Of a stretch of DNA of 64,000 nt, positions 12,576 to 22,108 are shown one piece after another. This DNA is from Actinomycetota bacterium. Lineage in GTDB: Bacteria; Actinomycetota; Thermoleophilia; Gaiellales; F1-60-MAGs149. The DNA is taken from NCBI GenBank assembly GCA_026392355.1, contig JAPLCF010000030.1, positions 522,259 to 586,258 of the forward strand. The letters are read 5' to 3'. Made by a program: the position numbers and the translations under genes. Position 1 is the stretch's first letter; each line of letters opens with the position of its first letter. The notes beneath the pieces were generated by a model. It was not told where the DNA came from, made no database searches, and saw only the letters and a program-made list of their open reading frames with translations.

Positions 12576-13736
12576 TCAGGTGCGGGCGAAGGGCCGTGGG
12601 AGCGGCGCCTCGTCGGGCGCGGCCGCCTTGCGCAGCAGGCCGACCTTGCGCAGGTGCCCGTACTTGAGGATCTCGAGGGCGACGACGACGTAGTACGTCA
12701 CGGCCAGCGCGAGCAGGCCGAAGAGCGTCAGTCCGATCGTCGGCCAGAGGTTCCACGTGCCCTCCGTGCGGTACGGGAACAGGCGGATAGCGAGCGCGAA
12801 CGCGGCGAGCACGCCCGACCACGCGTAGAGCAATCCGACCGCCTGTCGCTGCGTAAACCCGACACGTAACAGCCGATGGTGGAAGTGGTTCTTGTCGGCG
12901 CTCGCGATCGACTGGCCCGACTTGAGGCGCTTGAGGATCACGAATGAGGTGTCGAGAATCGGCACGAGCAGCACGACCAGCGGAAAGACGAGTGACAGTG
13001 CCGCCGCGGTCTTCATCACGCCTTGGATCGAGACGCACGCCAGCAGAAATCCGAGTACGAGCGCGCCCGAATCGCCCATGAAGACCTTGGCGGGATTGAA
13101 GTTCCAGGGCAGAAAGCCGAGGCACGCACCCGCGATCGCGGCCGCCATCACGCCCGCCGAGATACGCCCGAGCGACAGCGCGAGAATCGCAAAGGTGATC
13201 GCGCTGATCGCGCAGACACCGGCGGCGAGCCCGTCCATGCCGTCGGCGAGGTTGACGACGTTGGCGACAGCGACGATGAAGATGATCGTCAGGGGGTACG
13301 CGAGGACGCCGAACGACAGCGTGCTCGGCGTGATGAACGGGATCGTGATCGAGTCGATCGTCATGCCGTGCGCGACGGGAATCGCCGCGCACGCAACCTG
13401 GCCGATGAACTTCGGGAGCGGCGGAATGCCGAAGCGATCGTCAAGCGCACCGAGCAGGCAGATCAACGCAGCGCCGAGCAGGATGAACTCGTAGCGCGCG
13501 TCGACGTCGACGTTCGGCAGAACGGCCGCGAGAATGCCGAGGAACATGGCGACGCCACCGAGCAGCGGGATCGGTCGGTCATGGATGCGCCGCCCGCCGG
13601 GCTTGTCGACCACCCCGAGGCGCCAGGCCGCGCGCATCATCACGGGCGTCAGCGCAAATGCCACGACGCCAGCGATGAGCAGCGCGTAGATCGCGGACGG
13701 CGCGAGGACAAGCCGGGAGAAGGCGTCGGGCACCAC
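12576..13736 (-). CDS. MraY/WecA-family polyprenyl-phosphate N-acetylhexosamine-1-phosphate transferase
   Basis: Contains LTPVMMRAAWRLGVVDKPGGRRIHDRPIPLLGG, DDRFGIP, VNLADGMDGLAAG and KVFMGDSGALVLGF. A wecA/rfe-like gene directly upstream of the atp operon matches actinobacterial synteny. The start is placed at a GTG downstream of the palindromic repeat; the longer ORF start (13844) lies inside repeat DNA. Confidence 0.85.
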   Translation of the reverse strand: MVPDAFSRLVLAPSAIYALLIAGVVAFALTPVMMRAAWRLGVVDKPGGRRIHDRPIPLLGGVAMFLGILAAVLPNVDVDARYEFILLGAALICLLGALDDRFGIPPLPKFIGQVACAAIPVAHGMTIDSITIPFITPSTLSFGVLAYPLTIIFIVAVANVVNLADGMDGLAAGVCAISAITFAILALSLGRISAGVMAAAIAGACLGFLPWNFNPAKVFMGDSGALVLGFLLACVSIQGVMKTAAALSLVFPLVVLLVPILDTSFVILKRLKSGQSIASADKNHFHHRLLRVGFTQRQAVGLLYAWSGVLAAFALAIRLFPYRTEGTWNLWPTIGLTLFGLLALAVTYYVVVALEILKYGHLRKVGLLRKAAAPDEAPLPRPFART

Positions 13737-13802
13737 GGACTCAGGGTACCGGTGGCGTGGGCGGACATGCCTGTCCACTCCACCGGTACCCTGAGTCCGT
13801 GG

Positions 13803-13902
13803 ATGCTCCAAAGGGGTCAGACCCTTTTGGAGCATGGTGCTCAATCAGAGCCCGCGATCAACCGCTCGGATGCTCCAAAAGGGTCTGACCCCTTTGGAGC
13901 AT
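13803..13902. repeat. paired 33-bp palindrome element, locus 1
   Basis: 13803-13835 is ATGCTCCAAAGGGGTCAGACCCTTTTGGAGCAT. 13870-13902 is its exact reverse complement, ATGCTCCAAAAGGGTCTGACCCCTTTGGAGCAT. A 34-nt unique spacer separates them. The same pair recurs at 40402-40508. Confidence 0.95.
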
Positions 13903-13932
13903 CCGCCCGCGATTGCGAGTGGACCTTGCTGT

Positions 13933-15073
13933 CTACCCCGCGTGGATCGAGCTGAAGCCACGCATGCCTGCGTACAGCGGGCGGGTGGCGAGAATCGACT
14001 CGATCTCACCGCGCAGCACGTCGAGGTCGGCGCTCTCGCTGACGGCCGATCCGATGATGCGACCGACGTTCGCGAAGTCGGCCTCGTCCAGGCCGCGCAT
14101 GGTGGCGGCCGGAGTGCCAATGCGGATGCCGCTCGTCTCCATCGCCGGGCGCGGATCGAACGGAATCGAGTTGCGGTTGACCGTGATGCTGATCGAGTGC
14201 AGTCGATCCTCGAGCTCCTTGCCGGAGAACGCGGCCTCCTGCAGGTCGAGCAGCACGAGGTGCGTGTCGGTGCCACCGGAGACGAGCTTGTTGCCGGTGC
14301 CGAGCAGTCCGTCAGCCAGTGCCTGCGCGTTGAGGCAGATCTGCTTCTGGTACTGCTTGAAGGCCGGGGTCGCGGCGATACCGAAGGCGACGGCCTTGGC
14401 GGCTACGCCGTGACAGAGGGGACCACCCTGCAGGCCCGGGAAGAGGCCGGAGTCGATCTTCTTCTGCCACTCCTCTTTGCAGAGGATGAAGCCCGCGCGC
14501 GGGCCGGCCAGCGACTTGTGCACGGTCGAGGTGACGACGTCGGCATACGGCACCGGGCTGGGGTGCTCGCCCGCGGCCACGAGGCCGGAGATGTGCGCCA
14601 TGTCGACCATGACATTCGCACCGACCTCGTCGGCGATCTCGCGGAAGGCGGCGAAATCGAGCGTGCGCGGATACGCGCTGGCGCCCGTGATGATCAGCTT
14701 CGGCTTGTGCTCGTGGGCGGCCTTGCGGACGTCTTCCATGTCGATCGTGCCGGTCTCGGGCGAGACGCCGTAGTGCACGAAGTTGTAGTCCGTAGAGGCT
14801 CTTGGCGCGCTCGATGGCCAGCGTCTCAATCTCGTCAACGACATCGCAGCCGCCGTAGTAGCGCTTGCCCGGATACCCCTCGGCGTACTTGTTGGTGGCG
14901 ACGCTGCCCACCGCCTCCATGACCGCCGGCCACGTGAAGTTCTCCGAGGCGATCAGCTCGAGCTCGTCGCGCTGGCGGTCCAGCTCGCGGTCGAGGAGGG
15001 CCGCGATGGCGGGATCGACTGCTTCGAGTCCAGCGGTGCGGAGGGTGTCGAGGGAGAGATCATTGATGGCCAT
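13933..15073 (-). pseudogene. glyA: serine hydroxymethyltransferase, disrupted (internal deletion of about 50 codons plus frameshift)
   Basis: The N-terminal frame (from the ATG at 15073) reads MAINDLSL...[56 protein letters not shown]. At 14790-14792 the SHMT sequence resumes in another frame as [14 protein letters not shown]...[14 protein letters not shown]...SGGTDTHLVLLDL... up to the stop at 13933. The conserved block that normally lies between ERAK.LFG and YN..PYGV is absent, including the HGGHLTHG loop. Confidence 0.8.
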
Positions 15074-15181
15074 GCGGCGGAGTGTACGCGTGGCGTGGGT
15101 TCCGGCAAGCATCACCAGCCCCTGTCAATCAGGTGACGCAGTGTGCAGCGCTGACATGCGCTGCCTGAAATGCGCTGCCGG

Positions 15182-16039
15182 TCAGGTTCGGCGCGCCGCC
15201 ACAACCCGGTCAACGCCCGCCAGGTCGCGGTGGCACACGACGTCAACGAATCCCGCAGCCTCGAGCAGGCCTCGCACTATGCCCGCCTGCTCGTCCGAGT
15301 TCTCCAGCACGATCATCCCGCCCGGATTGAGCAAGGCGAGCGCGTCGGCTACGAGCCGGCGGATCAGATCGAGACCGTCGACGCCGGCGTACAGCGCGAG
15401 GTGCGGCTCGTGGCGGACGACACCCTCTTCCGTGCGCGGGTCGCCGTCGGGGATGTAGGGCAGGTTCGCGGCGATCACGTCGAAGGTTCGCCCCACCACC
15501 GCGGCAGCAAGATCCGATTCCAACAGCTCAATCTCGACGCCGATGCGCTCCGCGTTCTCGCGCGCGAGCGCAAGCGCGTCAACGGAGAGGTCTACCGCCG
15601 TGACCGTCACGTCCGGCCGCTCGTGCTTGACCGCGATCGCAATCGCACCCGAGCCCGTGCCGACATCGAGCAGCGCGCCGCCTTTGCCCAGGTTGGCAAG
15701 TGCCACCTCAACCAGCGTCTCGGTCTCGGAGCGCGGCATCAGCGCCCGCGCGTCGGTCTTCAGCACCAGCCGATGAAAGCCCACCTCACCGAGGATGTAC
15801 GCCACCGGCTCAAGGTCGGCGCGGCGTCGCAGGAGCGGCCGAATTGCGTCGAGCTCGGCGGGCGTGACCGGGCGATCGTGATGCAGATACAGCTCGAGCC
15901 GATCGAGGTCGAGCACGCTGCCAATGAGCTTCTCGGCGTCGAGTCGGGCCGTCGGGATCCCCTTGGCGTTCAGGTACGCAGCCGACAGCGCGACGACGTC
16001 CTTGACGTTCTTCATGCCACCGGGCATGGCCTCAGCCAT
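15182..16039 (-). CDS. prmC: release-factor glutamine N5-methyltransferase (PrmC/HemK)
   Basis: SAM motif [14 protein letters not shown] and catalytic motif IAANLPYIP (an NPPY variant), immediately downstream of prfA. Start ambiguous (16039, 16027 or 16015). Confidence 0.85.
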   Translation of the reverse strand: MAEAMPGGMKNVKDVVALSAAYLNAKGIPTARLDAEKLIGSVLDLDRLELYLHHDRPVTPAELDAIRPLLRRRADLEPVAYILGEVGFHRLVLKTDARALMPRSETETLVEVALANLGKGGALLDVGTGSGAIAIAVKHERPDVTVTAVDLSVDALALARENAERIGVEIELLESDLAAAVVGRTFDVIAANLPYIPDGDPRTEEGVVRHEPHLALYAGVDGLDLIRRLVADALALLNPGGMIVLENSDEQAGIVRGLLEAAGFVDVVCHRDLAGVDRVVAARRT

Positions 16040-17108
16040 CGGCGGAGGCGGCCTCGAGCTGCTGACGGTTCCAGTCGGCCTGGAGCGCGGAACTGAACGG
16101 CTCCAGCGCACCGAGCAGGACCGCGTCCATGTCGTGCGACGTGAACTTGATGCGGTGGTCCGTCACGCGGCTCTGCGGAAAGTTGTAGGTGCGGATCTTC
16201 TCGGAGCGGGCACCCGTGCCGATCTGCGACGTGCGGGTCGCAGCGCGTTCGGCATCGAGCCGCTCGCGTTCGGCCTCGTAGATGCGGGCGCGCAAAATCT
16301 TCATGGCGCGCTCGCGATTCTGCAGCTGCGAGCGCTCGTCCTGGCAGGCGACGACAACGCCAGTCGGCAGGTGCGTAATGCGCACGGCCGAGTCCGTCGT
16401 ATTGACGGACTGTCCGCCTGGACCGGTCGCGCGAAAGACGTCGATCTTGAGGTCCTTCTGATCGATCGTCACCTCGACCTCTTCTGCCTCGGGCAGCACG
16501 GCGACCGTCGCCGTCGACGTGTGGATACGTCCCTGCGTCTCCGTCGCCGGCACGCGCTGAACTCGATGGACGCCCGACTCCCACTTGAATGCGGAATACG
16601 CGCCGTCGCCGGTGATCTCAAACGAGACATCCTTGAGGCCGCCGGAGTCGGATGAATCACTCGTCAGTACCTGATGCTTAAAGCCGAGGCGATCGGCGTA
16701 GCCCGTCAGCATCTTGAAGAGATCGGCCGCGAACAGTGCGGCTTCTTCCCCACCCGTGCCACCGCGGATCTCAATGATCACGTTGCGATCGTCGGCCGGA
16801 TCGCGCTCGAGCATGGCGATGCGCAGCTCTTCCTCCAGCTCGGGCAGCTCGACCCGCGCGGACTCGAGCTCCTCTTGGAGGTAGGCGCGCACCTCGGGGT
16901 CGGACTCGCTCTCTAGGCCCTCCGTGGCATCGGTAACCGTCGCGGTCGCGGTGCGCCAGCGCTTGGCCAGCTCGTTGGCAGCCTGCAGGCGGCGATGCGT
17001 CCGCCCGACCTCGGCGAGGCGCTGATGATCCGCAAGAACAGCGGGGTCGGCGAGCTCCTGCTCGGTCTCCTCGAAGGATCGTTCGATCTGGGCGACGAGG
17101 CGTTCCAT
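16032..17108 (-). CDS. prfA: peptide chain release factor 1
   Basis: From [22 protein letters not shown]...; contains [25 protein letters not shown] (the GGQ motif) and [21 protein letters not shown]. The longer 477-aa ORF N-terminus is Arg/Pro shadow. Confidence 0.95.
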   Translation of the reverse strand: MERLVAQIERSFEETEQELADPAVLADHQRLAEVGRTHRRLQAANELAKRWRTATATVTDATEGLESESDPEVRAYLQEELESARVELPELEEELRIAMLERDPADDRNVIIEIRGGTGGEEAALFAADLFKMLTGYADRLGFKHQVLTSDSSDSGGLKDVSFEITGDGAYSAFKWESGVHRVQRVPATETQGRIHTSTATVAVLPEAEEVEVTIDQKDLKIDVFRATGPGGQSVNTTDSAVRITHLPTGVVVACQDERSQLQNRERAMKILRARIYEAERERLDAERAATRTSQIGTGARSEKIRTYNFPQSRVTDHRIKFTSHDMDAVLLGALEPFSSALQADWNRQQLEAASADG

Positions 17109-17146
17109 ACCTGCAGGGTACGCGGGAGCGCCCGCGCGCCGCGTCG

Positions 17147-18085
17147 TCAGGCCATGACGTCGACGGGAGCGTCGGCACGGCGCTGGCGATTGAACGCCTC
17201 GCGCTCGAGGACGGCGTCGAGCGCGGCGACCGCGACTTCGAGATGCTCGGTGTCGGCCGGGCGGGTCGTCAGACGCTGCAGCAGCAGGCCCGGCCACAGC
17301 ACCGCGTGGATGATCGGGTTGTGGCCGTAGCGGCCCGCCAGGCGGATCACCTCGTACGCGATGCCGGCGATCACGGGCACGAGCAGGATCCGCGACAGGA
17401 TCAGCAGCCAGAGATCCGGACGGCCGACGAAGGCGAACACGACGATCGCGATCACCATCACCCACAGGAGGAAGGCGGTCCCGCAGCGCAGGTGGATGCG
17501 CGAGTGCCGGGCCGCCGCCTCCGCAGTGCGCGGGTCACCCGCCTCGAGTGCGTTGATAGCCATGTGCTCGGCAGCATGAAACTCGAACACGCGGCGCAAG
17601 TCGGGCAGCAACGTCAGAAACAACAGATAGCCGATGAACAGGCTGACGCGGATCACGCCCTCGACGACGACAAAGAGGACGGTGTCGTCGATCGGCAGAA
17701 AGTTCGCCACCACGCTGGGCACGACCTTGAAGATCGCGATACTGAAGGCCACCGCCACCACCAGCGCGATGATGATCTCCTTGCGGCCGAGCTCCTCCTC
17801 CGCCTCACCGTCACCGCGCTCCTCGCCCTCGTGCCCGTGATCACTCGACGACAGGCGCGCCGCCAGCGACAGCGCCTTCATGCCGATCGCGAGCGACTCG
17901 CCGAGCGCGACAACGCCACGCACGACGGGCCAGCGCAAGACGGGCGAGCGCAACGCGACAGAGCGCTGATCCTCCACGACCGTCGTAATGCGGCCATCCG
18001 GACGTCGAACCGCGACGGCCCACGCCGACGGGGTCCGCATCATCACGCCCTCGACAACGGCCTGCCCACCAACGGACTGGCTCAT
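17147..18085 (-). CDS. DUF1385-type membrane protein (YqhQ-like)
   Basis: [19 protein letters not shown]..., [12 protein letters not shown]..., and C-terminal TM segments. The position between rpmE and prfA is typical for this family. Confidence 0.75.
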   Translation of the reverse strand: MSQSVGGQAVVEGVMMRTPSAWAVAVRRPDGRITTVVEDQRSVALRSPVLRWPVVRGVVALGESLAIGMKALSLAARLSSSDHGHEGEERGDGEAEEELGRKEIIIALVVAVAFSIAIFKVVPSVVANFLPIDDTVLFVVVEGVIRVSLFIGYLLFLTLLPDLRRVFEFHAAEHMAINALEAGDPRTAEAAARHSRIHLRCGTAFLLWVMVIAIVVFAFVGRPDLWLLILSRILLVPVIAGIAYEVIRLAGRYGHNPIIHAVLWPGLLLQRLTTRPADTEHLEVAVAALDAVLEREAFNRQRRADAPVDVMA

Positions 18086-18104
18086 CGCCTGCTCCCGATC
18101 CCGA

Positions 18105-18311
18105 CTAGGACGAGGCCTTGGCGCGGCGCTTGTTGAAGCGCTCCACGCGACCGCCGACGTCAATCAGCTTCTGCGTGCCCGTGTAGAACGGATGGCAGGC
18201 CGAGCAGAGCTCGACGCTGTAGTCGCCCTTCGTCGAGCGCGTCTCGAACGAGTTCCCACAGGAACACGTGATCGTCACGACGGGGTACTCGGGATGCGTA
18301 TCTGCCTTCAT
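18105..18311 (-). CDS. rpmE: 50S ribosomal protein L31
   Basis: [62 protein letters not shown]. Confidence 0.93.
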   Translation of the reverse strand: MKADTHPEYPVVTITCSCGNSFETRSTKGDYSVELCSACHPFYTGTQKLIDVGGRVERFNKRRAKASS

Positions 18312-18438
18312 CGCGCGGCACCGTAGCACGACGTTTGCGGCGGCCACGCCGTACCCACCCACGAGGGCGGCACAAGTGTGCCCTTGACTTCTTATCTTCG
18401 TAGTGGTTTGCTCGTCACACCATTAGACGGGAGGGGTC

Positions 18439-19929
18439 ATGGCAAGTCATCCATCCGGTGAGCGATTCACCGTAGAACTCGAGAAGGGCACCAACTGGTG
18501 GGGCGCCTTCGTGATCGGCCTGGCGGGCACGATCCTCGTGATCGGCCTCGCGGGCTATGCCCTGCTGGCACTCGGCGGCGTGGCGATCACGCTGTTCATC
18601 GTGCTCACGCTGGTCGGCGTGTTCCTCTGCTTCTGTCTGGCCGAACTCGCGGCCGCCTTCCCCGACCGCGCCGGCGGGTTGCCGTCGTACGCGTTCGAGA
18701 CCTTCAAGCCCTGGGGTAGTTCAGCGTCAGAGCACATCGGCGGTCTCAGCTCGTGGGCGTACTGGCTCGGCTGGTTCACCGTCGCGCCGATCAACGCCTA
18801 CCTCGCCGCGCTCTACATCACCGACCTGTTCGGAATCCCGCTCGGGTCGACGTACGGACCGATTTCCGACAAGTTTGGGTCGGCCTGGTCGGTCGGCGTG
18901 CTCGTCACCGCCGCAGTCATCCTCGTGGTGATCTTTGTCCCAGGCTGGCTCGGTATCCGGCTCGGCGCGACCTTCGCGACCGTGCTTGGCATCGGTTCGA
19001 TCATCCCACTCGTGTTGATCATCGTGCTCCCGTTCTTCCACCCATCCTCGATCGACTTCGGCAACGTGCAGCTGACGACGCTGCCCGAAGGCGTCACCGG
19101 CTCGTGGCAGCTGATCATCGGCTGGGCGTTCATCTTCACCTGGACCGTCTGGGCGATGGAGGCCGCGGCGTGCTACATCGGTGAGTGTCGCGAGCCCGCT
19201 CGCGACGCCAAGATCGCGATGACGGCGGAGGGCCTGTTCGGCCTGTTCGTCTACATCACCCTGCCGCTGATGCTCCTGGCCGTGCTGGGTACTGCTGGTT
19301 TTGCCGCGCTCGGCTCGGGCGACGCGAACGTCGTGTTCCTCGGCTACGTCGACAAGATCTTCGGCACCAACGAGTTCTGGCGCTGGTTCGTCGGCCTCGC
19401 GCTCGTGGCAGCGCTGCTCCTGTCGGTGCTCAACGCCCTGATCGGCGCGTCGCGCGGTCTCTGGCAGAACTCGGTCGACGGCGTGTTGCCGAAGATCTTC
19501 GCCAAGACCAACAAGCACGGCTCTCCCAGCACCGCGATCATCCTGTCGCTGGTCGCCTCGCTGCTCGTGCTCTTGGTGGGCTCGCCGCTGCAGATCTACG
19601 TGTTCTCCAACATGGGCTACCTGTTCGCCCTGTCGGTCGCCATGATCGGCTTCGGTGTCTTCCGCTACAAGCGGGACGACTTCCCGCGGCCGGTCAAGAT
19701 GCCGAAGATCATGGCGCCCCTCGCGATCCTCTTCGGCGTGGCAGGCCTCCTACTGTGGGCGATCGGCGGCTACTTCTCCGCCGACTACGCAGTCGGCGAG
19801 GGCTACCGCTGGCTCTACTGGGTCGGTCTGATTCTGCTCGCCCTCTACGTACCGCTGCACCTCTGGCGCCGCGTCGAGGACAAGCGCCATGGGCAACCCA
19901 CCCCGCACCACGTGGATCATCCCCACTGA
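18439..19929 (+). CDS. APC-superfamily amino acid/amine permease
   Basis: 496 aa with about 12 TM segments and N-terminal APC-like features (GTNWWGAFVIGLAGTILV..., CLAELAAAFPDRAGGLPSYAFE). Confidence 0.85.
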   Translation: MASHPSGERFTVELEKGTNWWGAFVIGLAGTILVIGLAGYALLALGGVAITLFIVLTLVGVFLCFCLAELAAAFPDRAGGLPSYAFETFKPWGSSASEHIGGLSSWAYWLGWFTVAPINAYLAALYITDLFGIPLGSTYGPISDKFGSAWSVGVLVTAAVILVVIFVPGWLGIRLGATFATVLGIGSIIPLVLIIVLPFFHPSSIDFGNVQLTTLPEGVTGSWQLIIGWAFIFTWTVWAMEAAACYIGECREPARDAKIAMTAEGLFGLFVYITLPLMLLAVLGTAGFAALGSGDANVVFLGYVDKIFGTNEFWRWFVGLALVAALLLSVLNALIGASRGLWQNSVDGVLPKIFAKTNKHGSPSTAIILSLVASLLVLLVGSPLQIYVFSNMGYLFALSVAMIGFGVFRYKRDDFPRPVKMPKIMAPLAILFGVAGLLLWAIGGYFSADYAVGEGYRWLYWVGLILLALYVPLHLWRRVEDKRHGQPTPHHVDHPH

Positions 19930-19943
19930 TGCGCTGACCTCAC

Positions 19944-20450
19944 ATGCCGCTACTCCCACGCCGCCGCAAGCGCAACTGGGACGAGCAACCGGTCGAACCC
20001 TGCGAGGTCATGCTCGCCGGGGACGGTCGGCGGAAGTTCTCGGAGAGGGCGATCGCCAAGGCGGTCGCCCTCTCCCCTTCCGGGCCCGTCACGGTCGTCA
20101 CGATCGCCCGTATTCACGGCACGCAGTTTGGCCTGCCCAATCCGGGCCTGATGCCGACGAAGCAGGAGATGAAGGCCCGGCACGATTGGGTCGGCAAGGG
20201 GGTCGACGCGATCCTGGCGGCCGGCGGCGAGGCCGACGGACAAGTGGCCGTGACACGCAAGACGACCAAAACGCTGGCGCGGATCGCGCGCACGCGCGAG
20301 GTCAAGACGATCGTGATCGACGAGACGCAGTACACCGGCTGGCGGCGGTTCGTCGAGGGCGATGTCGGCACCGAGCTCGCCAAGCGGCTGCGTGCCGATG
20401 GCATCGAGGTGATCGTCATCCCGTACGACCCAAACGACCCCAAGCCGTAG
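19944..20450 (+). CDS. universal-stress-protein-like (adenine-nucleotide alpha-hydrolase fold) protein
   Basis: 168 aa, starting 14 nt after the permease stop. It shows a weak USP-like pattern (VMLAGDGRRKFSERAIAKAVAL...VTVVTIARIHG...TIVIDET...). The functional call is tentative and the start is uncertain. Confidence 0.45.
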   Translation: MPLLPRRRKRNWDEQPVEPCEVMLAGDGRRKFSERAIAKAVALSPSGPVTVVTIARIHGTQFGLPNPGLMPTKQEMKARHDWVGKGVDAILAAGGEADGQVAVTRKTTKTLARIARTREVKTIVIDETQYTGWRRFVEGDVGTELAKRLRADGIEVIVIPYDPNDPKP

Positions 20451-20517
20451 CAATCCGACACTTCCCAACCACAAAAGGTTCGACTAGCATGCCTTTCACC
20501 ACGCGCAACTGGAGGAG

Positions 20518-21885
20518 ATGACCGTGGCACAGCCCAAGAACAAGGAAGAGGCCCGTCGCCGAGCAAAGGCTGACGGCATCGAGTTCTTCTTCGCCCAGTT
20601 CGTCGACATGCACGGCAAGCCGAGCGCCAAGCTCGTCCCCGCCGAGCGCATCGACATGCTGTTCGACGATGGCGCAGGCTTCGCCGGCTTTGCCGCCGGC
20701 CCGATCGGCCAGACGCCCGCCTCGCCGGACATCGCGGCGATTCCGGATCCCGAGTCCTACACCCCCGTGCCGTTCAAGCCCGGTCTCGCGCGCTTCGCCT
20801 GCGACATCACGATCGACGGCGATCCGTGGAACTTCTGCCCGCGCACGATCCTCAAGAACGCCAACGCCCGCGCAGCGAAGATGGGCTACCGCCTGAAGAT
20901 GGGCATGGAGCTCGAGTTCTTCCTGCTCAAGGAGCGCGACGGCAAGATCGTCCTGGCGGACGACCTCGATACGCTCGACCAGCCCTGTTACGACATGAAG
21001 GGCATCACGCGGTCGTACGACTTCATCTCGCAGCTGTCGAAGAACCTCAACGGGCTCGGCTGGGGCAACTACGCCAACGACCACGAGGACGCCAACGGCC
21101 AGTTCGAGCTGAACTTCGAGTACGACGACGCGCTCAAGACGGCCGACAAGGCGATCTTCTTCCGCTACATGGTCCACGCCATGGCGCAGGAGCGCGGTCT
21201 GCTGACGACCTTCATGCCGAAGCCGTTCTCGAACCTGACGGGCAACGGTGGCCACCTCCACATCTCGCTGTGGGATCCGACCGGCAAGAAGAACCTGTTC
21301 GAGGATAAAAAGGATCCGCGCGGCCTCGGCCTGTCCAAGCTCGCGTACCAGTTCCTCGGCGGCATCATCGACAACTCCGAGGGCCTCAGCGCGATCCTCG
21401 CGCCGACGGTCAACTCGTACAAGCGCATCGGCGTCGGCGCACCCACCTCGGGCGCCACGTGGGCCCCTGCTTACGCCACGTACGGCATGAACAACCGCAC
21501 GCAGTCGATCCGCATCCCGGCCCCGGGACGCATCGAGATCCGCTCGACCGACGGTGCAGCCAACCCGTACCTGGCCGCCGCGGCGATCATCGGCTGCGGC
21601 CTCGACGGCGTCGCCAACAAGGCCAATCCGGGCGAGCCGAACCTCGACAACCTGTACGATCTGTCGCCGGCGCAGATCAAGCGCAAGCGCATCAAGACGC
21701 TGCCCGCGAACCTGCTCGACGCCACGCGCGCCGCGCAGAAGAACAAGGCGCTGCGTGATTGGCTCGGCAGCATGGACGGCTGGGACTACCTCGACTACTT
21801 CGTCGAGACGAAGCAGGCCGAGTGGCAGGAGTACCACACGACCGTCAGCGATTGGGAGCTCAAGCGCTACCTCACGCTGTTCTAG
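20518..21885 (+). CDS. glutamine-synthetase-fold gamma-glutamyl ligase (GlnA/GmaS/PuuA-like)
   Basis: 455 aa, with GGAGGAG 6 nt upstream of the ATG. GS catalytic-domain motifs: MGMELEFFL, NDHEDANGQFELNFEY, FMPKPFSNLTGNGGHLHISLW, NSYKRI, NRTQSIRIP, EIRSTDGAANPYL. Confidence 0.9.
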   Translation: MTVAQPKNKEEARRRAKADGIEFFFAQFVDMHGKPSAKLVPAERIDMLFDDGAGFAGFAAGPIGQTPASPDIAAIPDPESYTPVPFKPGLARFACDITIDGDPWNFCPRTILKNANARAAKMGYRLKMGMELEFFLLKERDGKIVLADDLDTLDQPCYDMKGITRSYDFISQLSKNLNGLGWGNYANDHEDANGQFELNFEYDDALKTADKAIFFRYMVHAMAQERGLLTTFMPKPFSNLTGNGGHLHISLWDPTGKKNLFEDKKDPRGLGLSKLAYQFLGGIIDNSEGLSAILAPTVNSYKRIGVGAPTSGATWAPAYATYGMNNRTQSIRIPAPGRIEIRSTDGAANPYLAAAAIIGCGLDGVANKANPGEPNLDNLYDLSPAQIKRKRIKTLPANLLDATRAAQKNKALRDWLGSMDGWDYLDYFVETKQAEWQEYHTTVSDWELKRYLTLF

Positions 21886-21894
21886 GACACAGGG

Positions 21895-21929
21895 GTGACG
21901 GAGATGCACCACGAGTGTATCTCCGTCAC
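21895..21929 (+). terminator. 11-bp stem hairpin after the GS-like gene (weak terminator or attenuator)
   Basis: GTGACGGAGAT-gcaccacgagtgt-ATCTCCGTCAC, beginning 10 nt after the stop. No U-tract follows. Confidence 0.35.
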
Positions 21930-22108
21930 ACCCGCAGTCCCGTTCCCCGAGGAGCATCGGCGCTACGCATGTGCAGCACGACCATATGGTTGTGATCCGT
22001 CATGTGACGGTGCCCCATGCCATCACCCCGCTGGTGCGGTAGCCTTTCTCCCAAGAACAGGTGGATCACCCACCGCCCAGAGGATGTTCCATCGAGGAGG
22101 AGACCGTC

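Noticed and set aside
12277-13392. 371-aa minus-strand ORF spanning the wecA-like gene region
   Set aside because: Most of it overlaps the wecA-like gene in another frame and is Arg/Pro/Gly-rich. Only the last ~51 codons, a two-TM AtpZ-like peptide, were kept.
13803-13902. The paired palindrome read as a tRNA, an integron attC site, or the true N-terminus of the wecA-like protein (MSTMLQKGLTPLEH...)
   Set aside because: It has no cloverleaf or anticodon architecture. No integrase or GTTRRRY cores are present. The peptide MLQKGLTPLEH recurs in several frames and strands at both loci purely because the DNA is palindromic, so the gene start was moved downstream of the repeat.
14785-14795. Programmed ribosomal frameshift as an explanation for the two glyA frames
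   Set aside because: About 50 conserved residues are missing between the two parts, so a frameshift alone cannot restore a full SHMT. I see no slippery heptamer at the junction.
16032-17465. Long N-terminal extensions of the prfA ORF (477 aa) and of the membrane-protein ORF 30832-32370 (512 aa)
   Set aside because: The extensions are Arg/Pro-rich and overlap neighbouring genes (the DUF1385 gene and iclR respectively). Conserved protein starts (MERLVAQIE... and MLSVMEAVE...) lie at internal ATGs.
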